From positions 1 through 61,884 of the forward strand of contig CAZLCO010000007.1 of the NCBI GenBank assembly GCA_964558005.1: a stretch of 61,884 bases of DNA, given 5' to 3'. Under the pieces are notes generated by a model. It had not been told where the DNA came from and ran no database searches. It worked only from the letters and a program-made list of their open reading frames with translations. This DNA is from an uncultured Gammaproteobacteria bacterium (GTDB lineage Bacteria > Cyanobacteriota > Vampirovibrionia > Gastranaerophilales > UBA9971). Position 1 is the stretch's first letter; each line of letters starts with the position of its first letter. The translations under genes and the position numbers were made by a program. Positions 16,528 through 25,045 of the stretch are shown here, one piece after another.

Positions 16528-19500
16528 GTGTCGAGAGCGTGCAGTTTATTAGTTATAGCGCTGCTGATAGCATTGAATTGTAATTTGTCTGTCAGGGCAG
16601 CAGACGTATCAACAGAACAGGAACTTCGTGATGCGTTAGATAATGTTGGGACTGACCCCACTATTAACGTTACTTCTGATATTACTTTGTCTTCTGATTT
16701 AACTCTCCCTGATTCTACATATACTATCAACGGCGCTGGAATGAACATTACCACTTATGACGGTGGGGGGCTTGCTGTGCCTTCGAATGTAATTGTTGAC
16801 AATCTGGTTATAGATAATACCACTAATTATATAAACAAAATTATTACTAATGGTAGCGGAGGAGCGATTAATAATACAGGCGGGAATATTATTATCGATA
16901 ATGCGGCTAATTTTAGCGATAACAATGTTACTGGTAACTGGCCCAATGGCATGGGCGGAGCTATTTATAACAATAATGACGCCGAGTTCACTATAAACAA
17001 CGGAGCGACATTTACTAATAACAGCTCTGAATCTTATGGCGGGGCTATTTTTAATGATAACTCAACATTCACTATAAACAATGGGGCGACTTTTTCTAAC
17101 AACAGTACAACTGGTGGCTGGGGTAGAGGAGCGGCTATTAATAACTCTTTTGGTGCCGAGTTTACTATAAACGATGGAGCGACATTTACTAATAATAATG
17201 CTGTCGGTTTCGGCGGAGCTATTGCAAATCAGGCTAATTCTACATTAATCATTAATGGAAGCAGTCTTTTTACTAACAATTCATCTGTTTATGGAGGTGG
17301 AGCTATTTTAAACAACAGTTCCGAACTCACTATAAACGACGGAGCGACATTTACCGAAAATAGCTCTGACGAGGAAGGCGGGGCTATTTTAAACAGTACA
17401 GATGGCAAATTCACTATAAACAACGGGGCTACTTTTACAGATAATTCTGCTGTTGATGATGGTGGAGCTATTTATAATGAGAACTCAATATTTACTATAA
17501 ACGACGGGGCGACTTTTACTAATAACAGTGCAGATGGGGATTGGAGTTATGGCGGGGCTATTTATAATAATAACTCAACATTCACTATAAACGACGGGGC
17601 AACATTTGCCGAAAACAACGCTACATATGGCGGGGCTATTTATAATTATGAAGGATTCTTTACAATAAACAACGGAGCGACATTTACTAATAACAGCTCT
17701 GAATCTTATGGCGGGGCTATTTTTAATGATAACTCAACATTCACTATAAACAACGGAGCGACATTTACTGAAAACAGTTCAGTCTGGCATGCCGGGGCTA
17801 TTTTAAACAGTACAGATGGCAAATTCACTATAAACGGTGGGGCTACTTTTAATAATAATAACACAGTTAACTATAGTGGCGGGGCTATTTTTAACAGTAC
17901 AGGTAGCAAATTCACTATAAACGATGGGGCTACCTTTATTAATAATAGTGTTGGCGGACACGGCGGAGCTATTTTTAACTCTTTGGGCGCCGAGTTCACT
18001 ATAAACAACGGAGCGACATTTACTAATAATAGCGCTGACATGAGTGGCGGGGCTATATACAATTTTCACCAGGATGGATTCGGATATACTAATCCAATTT
18101 TAACTATAAACGATGGTGCGACCTTTACTAATAACAGCGCTGGCGAGGACGGCGGGGCTATATATAACTATGATAACACAACAATAAACCTTATAGCCCG
18201 CACAAATGATGTTACCTTTACCGGAAACACAGCTGGCGGCGTTGATAATGCCGTGCATTTGCACAATACTTCAACAATGAACCTCAATGCCTCAAACCTG
18301 GCGGAAATAACCTTTAATGACGCTATAACAAGCCAAGGCAACAATAATGTAATTAATATAAACGCTACTAATGCAGTAGATGCCGATATACCGGCAGATG
18401 TACCAACAATCGGCAGAATAACCCTCAATGCAGATATGAGCGGATTTGGAAATTCCGCCGGTACAGGCAACAGCGTTAACCTCTAGGGTGGGGAACTCTA
18501 TTTGGGGCCTAACGGAAAATTTTTCGATTCTGTTAACTTTATGGCCGCTTCCGGCTCTACTCTTAACCTGATGAACGGCAGGATAAATTCCGTTACTTTC
18601 GGAACTGCCGATATAAACAATATGAACCTGAAAGTGGATGTGGACCTGCTCTCTAAAACTGCCGATACCATCAAATCAACAGGTGCGGTAACCAATAATA
18701 CAATAACAATAAACGGCATTAATCTCCTGCGCGAAGGCAACGGCTCAGGCGGCTCAGTAAACGTTAACCCTGATAATGATTTTAATGTATCCCTTGCAAG
18801 CGGCGCAAATACGGTTTCAGGCCAGGTATTTAATTACAATGTCTCCAACAATAACGGCTCTCTCTCTTTTGCGAAAAAAGAAATAAACCCTTCGGTACAA
18901 GCCTCGGCTTCTGCCCAGCAGGCCGTCCATATAACCGGTGACAATATTAATAATATTGTTTTCGAAAGGTCAGAGCAGGTTCTGGAAATAATGGACACCA
19001 TTAAATATGTTCACGGGATAGATTACAAATTTGCTAATAAAATGGCTTCAGCAGATGGCTCTGCAGCATATATTTCAGTCTACGACCGCCTTAAAAATGC
19101 CTCTGTTTGGTTCAGGCCTTTCAACAGCATAGAAACACTTGATATATCAAACATGGAAAAAGATGTAAACAGCATTTCCTATGGAGCTGTGGTAGGTTTA
19201 GATACTCCCCTGTATGACCTCAGAAGAGGTTTCTCCGGCCTGTTGAGTTTTTACGGCGGATACTCCGGTGCAAGCCAGGGCTATGCTGATACTGACATAA
19301 CTCAAAATGGCGGCTTTGGCGGCATTATGGGCGCAATTTACAAAAATAATTTCTTTTCTTCCTTAAACCTGAGCGCAGGCGGTTATGGTGTACAAGAAAG
19401 CATTTACGGTTATGGCTCTGAGGACTATGGAATATTTACAACGTCAATAGCCTCAAAAACAGGTTATGTCTTTCATCTCCCCAAACAAATAAGATTGCAG

Positions 19501-19941
19501 GTCAGCGGAAAAGCAGCTTATACTCTCGTGAGCAGCGAAGACTACACCAATGCTATGGGGACAAAAATAGAAACAGACGCTTTACACGTTATACAGCTTG
19601 TGCCCGGTATAAAAATAACCAAAAACTATAACGGATGGCAGCCCTACTTAGCTGCTAATATGATTATGAATGCAATGAATGTCTCTAAAGTAACTGCTAA
19701 TGATATAGTCCTGCCGGATTCACAACTTGGTAATTATGTAGAATACGGCGTAGGTATACAAAATTACAACGAAAAAAACTTCCTCAGCGGTTTTGCACAG
19801 GTTATGGTAAGAAATGGCGCAAGAACAGGGGTTAATTTTAAAATAGGACTAAAACACCCTCTCGGGGAAAACCCTACCAATTCTAAAAATATTAAAAAAC
19901 AGGGCAAAGGTATATCTTTTATGAATTTTGATGTTTTTTAA
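16528..19941 (+). pseudogene. Pmp-like (GGAI/FxxN repeat) autotransporter interrupted by an in-frame TAG at 18484-18486
   Basis: Signal peptide; 16 GGAI-type repeats; ORF 18502-19941 is in the same frame and encodes an autotransporter-like beta-barrel (SVWFRPF.., YVEYGVG). Confidence 0.8.
16858..18170 (+). repeat. Intragenic tandem repeat array, units mostly about 26-30 codons (GGAIxN...FTINDGATFTNNS)
   Basis: 16 units; exact 89-bp duplicate at 16993-17081 and 17665-17753. Confidence 0.92.
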
Positions 19942-19952
19942 CACTTGTTTTT

Positions 19953-20609
19953 TTAAGAATACTTTTCCCGATAACTATCCAGTATGTATACAATTTCCTG
20001 TTCCGGCAGATCATACCATTCTTTATAAAAACTCGCAACGGCAAAAAAGTATCCGCTGCTGACTATCGGGCAGACAACAATATCTACCATGTCTTTTACA
20101 GCCTGGTATGCGCTGTCAAAGCTGACCGGCACCGCTACTGTTATTGAGTTGGGTTTTCTTTTTTGAACCGTTTTAATCCCGGCGATAAGCGAATACCCGG
20201 TTGCTATCCCGTCATCAACAATAATAACGTCGCTGTTGTGTATTTTTTCGTCTTCCAGTCCGCCAAAGACTTCTTTTCTATGTTGAATTTCTGAAACTAT
20301 GCCCCGGGCAATGTTATCGATGGCGTTGTCGCCAATCTGCAAATTCCTGACAGCTTCTTCGTTAAGTACTTTTGTGCCGTCCTCTGTAACAGCGCCAAAA
20401 CCATATTCCGGGTTTTCCGGAGCAGGCAGTTTTTTTACCACCAGTGCGTTTATCGGGATTTTTAAGCTATCAGCGATACCTTCAGCCACCTGTATTCCAC
20501 CTCTGGGGATAGCTAAAAGATAAGGCCTATTCAGGTTTAATTCCTTTATTTTTTGCGCAAGTATTTCGCCTGCTGACTTTCTGGAAATAAAATTTTTTAT
20601 TCCTTGCAT
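19953..20609 (-). CDS. Type I phosphoribosyltransferase family protein
   Basis: LAIPRGG, VIIVDDGIATG. Confidence 0.9.
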   Translation of the reverse strand: MQGIKNFISRKSAGEILAQKIKELNLNRPYLLAIPRGGIQVAEGIADSLKIPINALVVKKLPAPENPEYGFGAVTEDGTKVLNEEAVRNLQIGDNAIDNIARGIVSEIQHRKEVFGGLEDEKIHNSDVIIVDDGIATGYSLIAGIKTVQKRKPNSITVAVPVSFDSAYQAVKDMVDIVVCPIVSSGYFFAVASFYKEWYDLPEQEIVYILDSYREKYS

Positions 20610-20644
20610 TTTCCTTGTTGTTTCCTTGCTGTATCCTTGTTGTT
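20601..20644. promoter_or_regulatory. Four TCCTTG direct repeats with 11-bp period
   Basis: TCCTTG at 20601, 20612, 20623, 20634, spanning the PRT start codon and RBS. Confidence 0.55.
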
Positions 20645-20734
20645 TAATAAAAAAAAGTATAAATTATTTGAAAATTTTTTGCATTGACTATGCTGCTAAA
20701 TAGGTGCTAAATTTTTATAGTAGAATCTTTTTAC

Positions 20735-20816
20735 GGGCGAGTGGCGAAATGGTAGACGCGCTAGTCTTAGGAACTAGTAGGAGACCCCTGTGAGAGTTCG
20801 AATCTCTCCTCGCCCA
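20735..20816 (+). tRNA. tRNA-Leu(UAG)
   Basis: GGGCGAG/CTCGCCC acceptor, CTAGT-CT-TAG-GA-ACTAG anticodon arm, GTTCGAAT. Confidence 0.96.
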
Positions 20817-20829
20817 ATTTATAACATTA

Positions 20830-21846
20830 ATGAACTACTTAAAGAACCTGATGTTTAATCTTTTAAATAAAAAATTACAGAATTCCTCCCAAAAACCTGA
20901 TAATATCTTGAAACCAGTGGAGCATGAGCTTTCCCTGCTTGAAAAAATATTGGTTAAAAACCTTGTTAGCGGTGACGCTGAACTGGACAGGATGGTTCAG
21001 TATGTATTCAAGTCAGGCGGAAAAAGACTCAGGCCCGCAATGGTATTTCTTTTTGCTAAGGCGCTGGGAAGGGGATACGTTCATCCTGTGCATTATGAGC
21101 TGGCTGAGGCTGTTGAAATGATTCATACAGCTTCTATATTGCATGATGACGTGATTGATGAAGCTGAAACCAGAAGGGGTTTGCCTACAGTAGGTAAAAA
21201 ATGGGGTTCAAAATCCGCTATAATAGCGGGCGACTATATCCTGTCAAAAGCTCTTACAAAGCTGGTTTCTGTGGGCAATATTGCCGTGGAGATGTTTGCT
21301 TCAACGCTTAATGAGTTATGTATCGGCGAAATACTTCAGAAAAACCAGAAATATAGAATTATTACAAAAAGTGAATATATTAATAAATCAGAGAGAAAAA
21401 CCGCTAAACTCTTTATGGCGGGCGTTGAATGTACCGCTTCAGTTATGCCCGGGGCCAATAACCTCATTATAAAAGCAGCAGGAGGATATGCTCAGAATTA
21501 CGGTATCGCTTTCCAGATAACTGACGATATTATAAACTTTACCAGGTGCGGCGGGAGCGACTTAAAAGACGGCATAATTACGGCACCTGTTATATTTGCG
21601 GTTCAGGAGTATGAAAAAGATGGCGACTCAACTCTGAGAAAGCTTATAGAAAAAGGATTAAAAAAGGAAAAAGATTTCAAAACAGCTTTTAAGCTGGTTA
21701 TGTCTTCAGGTGGGATAGAAAAGACCCGTAATTTGGCGCTTGAATACGCCAATAAAGCTATTAACTGCCTGGAATCAATAGAAGACAGTCCTTACAAACA
21801 GGCTTTAATAAATCTGGCAAATTATACAGTGGAAAGAAACCAATGA
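20830..21846 (+). CDS. Long-chain trans-polyprenyl diphosphate synthase
   Basis: GGKRLRP, HDDVID..RRG, KTA, FQITDDI. Confidence 0.92.
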   Translation: MNYLKNLMFNLLNKKLQNSSQKPDNILKPVEHELSLLEKILVKNLVSGDAELDRMVQYVFKSGGKRLRPAMVFLFAKALGRGYVHPVHYELAEAVEMIHTASILHDDVIDEAETRRGLPTVGKKWGSKSAIIAGDYILSKALTKLVSVGNIAVEMFASTLNELCIGEILQKNQKYRIITKSEYINKSERKTAKLFMAGVECTASVMPGANNLIIKAAGGYAQNYGIAFQITDDIINFTRCGGSDLKDGIITAPVIFAVQEYEKDGDSTLRKLIEKGLKKEKDFKTAFKLVMSSGGIEKTRNLALEYANKAINCLESIEDSPYKQALINLANYTVERNQ

Positions 21847-22442
21847 ACATTGACCGGGAGAAGATAAAAGGTTTTTTAAAAGAAACGCTTGAAACAATAG
21901 TAACAGTTCTGGTGCTGGTAATATTAATAAGGTCTTTTGTGGGCGAGCCGCGCTGGATACCTTCCAGCTCAATGGAGTCAACTCTCCAGATAGGCGATAA
22001 TCTTATAATTGAAAAAGTTTCTTATCGGTTTACAGAGCCTAAAAGGGGAGATATAGTAGTATTTTATCCTCCGCACCACGACCTTGATCCGACATTGTGG
22101 GGAAAATTTACGAGAATGATAGGGTTTTTTAGCAGGGATGAGGCTTATATAAAGAGAATAGTTGGGGAACCCGGTGATAAAGTAGAAGTGGTACCGGATG
22201 AGGGGGTTTATATTAACGGGGAATTAATTGAAGAACCATACAAAAAAGAGGTTTTTAATGGCATTTGCAGGGAGCTTATGTTTTGCGGTCCTATGATAAT
22301 ACCTGAGGATAAATATTATATGCTTGGCGATAACAGGAATGATAGTACGGACAGCCGTTACTGGGGGCTTTTGCCTGAAGAGAGAATTGTCGGCAGGGCA
22401 GTTTTCAGGTTCTGGCCTATTTACAGAATTGGCGTAATTTAA
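21843..22442 (+). CDS. lepB: Signal peptidase I
   Basis: IPSSSM, YIKRIVG, GDNRNDSTDSRYWG. Confidence 0.95.
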   Translation: MNIDREKIKGFLKETLETIVTVLVLVILIRSFVGEPRWIPSSSMESTLQIGDNLIIEKVSYRFTEPKRGDIVVFYPPHHDLDPTLWGKFTRMIGFFSRDEAYIKRIVGEPGDKVEVVPDEGVYINGELIEEPYKKEVFNGICRELMFCGPMIIPEDKYYMLGDNRNDSTDSRYWGLLPEERIVGRAVFRFWPIYRIGVI

Positions 22443-22492
22443 CCCTATGATTTAAATTCACAAGGACAGTAACATACGATATAATAGAAAGT

Positions 22493-25045
22493 ATGTCAAA
22501 GAAACTTAAAAATATTGAGGATAAAGCCCTTAATTTTTTAGAAGCCGGTCTTGTTGAGTGTTTTCGTAAAGATTATGAAAAGGCTATATTGAATATTGAA
22601 GAAGCTCAGAAAATTTATAATGAAACAAAAAATATAAAACAAATCGCGGCCTGTTTATCAGAGCTTGCGATAATCCATTATAAAAATTGTAATGACCGCC
22701 TGATTCGTTCACTGACCCTGTTAAATGACGCTAAATACCTGCTGGAAAACCTTGAGCAGGATGATAAAAAAGAACTGGAAGCAAAAATACTCCATTATTA
22801 CGGGATAATATATTTTCTTGAAAACCGCTACAGCGATGCTCTTAAGTATTATAAGCAGGCTCAGAACTTGCTGGATGAAAACAGTCTTTCTTTTGCTAAA
22901 ATCCTGGATGATCTGGCTGTATTTTATTTGAGGACAAATAATTATCAGATTTCACTTGACTGTATGAAGCAGTCGCTCAATATCAAGAAAAACCTCGGGA
23001 ATGTAAGGGAATGTTCGATAACGGAACTGCTACTGGGAAGGTATTATTCAAGCGTTGAGCAATATGAAGAAGCAAAGTCTTATTTGCTTGAGGCAGTCAG
23101 GACAATCGAACAGCTCAAGGACTTTCACACAACTTCAAGAATTCTGGGAGAACTGGCCAAAATACAATTTGAGCTGGGAGAGGATAAAAACGCTGAAGAG
23201 TTTGCGCTCAAATCAATTGAAATGGCCAAACAGCTTGATTTAAAACTTATTTCTGCATTTTCATACTGTATTCTGGTAAATATAAAAATTAAAAATAGAG
23301 ATATTGATGCTGCTCAAAAAACACTGGAAAGTGAAATAGAACCTGTTTTTCTGGAATTTTCCAGCCAGAGGGGGCAAGGGCTGGCTAAACAGATTAAAGC
23401 AATAATTTATGAAGAGCAGGGACAGATAAAAGAGGCTATAGATAGTCTTTTAGAGGCAATAGAATTATTTACAGAAGCTCACAGCCTTGCAGAAGTGGCT
23501 AAAAGCCATTTTAAACTGGGGATGGTGTATAAAAACAGCTCCGATTTCCCGAAAGCGACCTTAAACCTTAAGGAAGCGCTGGCTATTGCCAGGGCAAATA
23601 ACCAGTTTATCCTGAGTAAAAAAATTGAGGACCAGCTGTTTGAGGTTGATGAGGAAGAGTGGTCAAATGTTATAGACAAAACCGCAAAAAATGATAACCT
23701 TTTCGTTGAAGGCAAATCAATACTGGACTCTATAGCATCCCTGGGAGATATATCCTCCGGCACAAAAGGAAATAAAGACCCATTCCTTGCCCTGTTAAGG
23801 ATAGGCCGTTCTATTGCGGCCGAGACCGATCTTGATAAACTCCTTACGATAATCGCAAGGGAAACACAGAAAGCCCTTTCAGCCGATAGATGTACGGTTT
23901 TCCTGCTCGATAAGGATACAAATGAATTATGGTCAAAAATAGCACTTGGCATGGGCAGCCAGGAAATCAGGTTCCCCGCTAATATGGGGCTGGCGGGTCA
24001 CGTTGCGATGACCGGGGAAACAATAAATATCAGGGACGCTTATAATGATTCCAGGTTTAACAAGGAAATAGACAAAAAAACAGGCTATAAAACAAAGACA
24101 ATAATCTGTATGCCTATGAGAAACCTGAATCATGATATAACAGGGGTGTTCCAGGTACTTAATAAGTTTGGTAATGACTATTTTAGCGATGAAGATGAAG
24201 ACCTGTTGATTGCTATCGGTTCAAGTACCGGGATAGCACTTGAGAATGCCCGTCTGTTTAAGCGGCAGAAAATGATGTACGAAGAGCAAAAACGTTCATT
24301 CGCAAGTTTTATAAATACACTTGCGGCCTCTATCGACGCCAGGGATAAGATTACAGCCGGTCACTCAAAAAGAGTTACTTTATACAGTATTACCATAGCG
24401 GAAAGCATGGGCATAGAAGGCGAAGACCTCGAAGCGCTGGAATACGGAGCTCTATTGCACGATATTGGTAAAATAGGCATAAAAGACAGCGTGCTCTGTA
24501 AGCAGGGTAAGCTCACAGAAGAAGAATACAAGCATATTCAGGAGCATGCCTCCATTACTTTTGAAATTTTAAACAACATGTTTTTTGAAGAAAAGTTAAA
24601 AGATGTGCCTGAAATTGCTGCTTCCCATCACGAAAAATACAATGGTTTCGGTTATTTCAGAAAGCTGGCAGGAGAGGATATTTGCCTGGGCGGAAGAATT
24701 CTTGCTGTATCGGATGTTTTTGACGCTATAACATCAAAACGTCATTATCGTGACAGGATGCCGTTTTTGAATGTTTTGAACATATTAAAAAAGGATTCGG
24801 GAATTCATTTTGATCCGAATGTAATTGAAAACTTTTTTAATTTGAGTCTGTTTAAAATTATCAGTATACTTTTATTTAGAGAAGAAACTTCTTTATCAGA
24901 AGAAGAGCAAAGATTACTCGTAAAGTATGATTTAAGTGATTTACATTCCATACTTTTACAAGAGGCAGCGAATCGAAACGAGGAACAAAACAATCTTGTT
25001 GAGCTCTTTGAAAAACTATATAACCCAAAAAACAATGAAGAATAA
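22493..25045 (+). CDS. TPR-GAF-HD-GYP cyclic dinucleotide phosphodiesterase
   Basis: TPR repeats; GAF (GLAGHVA..DAY.D.RFN..ID); LLHDIGKIG, HHEKYNGFGYF, DVFDAITS.R.YR. Confidence 0.9.
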   Translation: MSKKLKNIEDKALNFLEAGLVECFRKDYEKAILNIEEAQKIYNETKNIKQIAACLSELAIIHYKNCNDRLIRSLTLLNDAKYLLENLEQDDKKELEAKILHYYGIIYFLENRYSDALKYYKQAQNLLDENSLSFAKILDDLAVFYLRTNNYQISLDCMKQSLNIKKNLGNVRECSITELLLGRYYSSVEQYEEAKSYLLEAVRTIEQLKDFHTTSRILGELAKIQFELGEDKNAEEFALKSIEMAKQLDLKLISAFSYCILVNIKIKNRDIDAAQKTLESEIEPVFLEFSSQRGQGLAKQIKAIIYEEQGQIKEAIDSLLEAIELFTEAHSLAEVAKSHFKLGMVYKNSSDFPKATLNLKEALAIARANNQFILSKKIEDQLFEVDEEEWSNVIDKTAKNDNLFVEGKSILDSIASLGDISSGTKGNKDPFLALLRIGRSIAAETDLDKLLTIIARETQKALSADRCTVFLLDKDTNELWSKIALGMGSQEIRFPANMGLAGHVAMTGETINIRDAYNDSRFNKEIDKKTGYKTKTIICMPMRNLNHDITGVFQVLNKFGNDYFSDEDEDLLIAIGSSTGIALENARLFKRQKMMYEEQKRSFASFINTLAASIDARDKITAGHSKRVTLYSITIAESMGIEGEDLEALEYGALLHDIGKIGIKDSVLCKQGKLTEEEYKHIQEHASITFEILNNMFFEEKLKDVPEIAASHHEKYNGFGYFRKLAGEDICLGGRILAVSDVFDAITSKRHYRDRMPFLNVLNILKKDSGIHFDPNVIENFFNLSLFKIISILLFREETSLSEEEQRLLVKYDLSDLHSILLQEAANRNEEQNNLVELFEKLYNPKNNEE

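Noticed and set aside
16858-18170. CRISPR-like repeat-spacer pattern
   Set aside because: The repeats are degenerate at codon third positions, in frame and protein-coding; no cas genes.
18484-18486. Genome-wide TAG reassignment or pyrrolysine
   Set aside because: rbr, clpC, sbcC and gloA end correctly at TAG, and no pyl genes or tRNA(CUA) are seen.
15572-20816. Genomic island bounded by the two tRNA-Leu genes
   Set aside because: No duplicated tRNA 3' end and no integrase were found.
24936-25034. Upstream GTG start of the transglutaminase gene
   Set aside because: It would overlap the HD-GYP gene by 110 nt; the signal peptide begins at ATG 25035.
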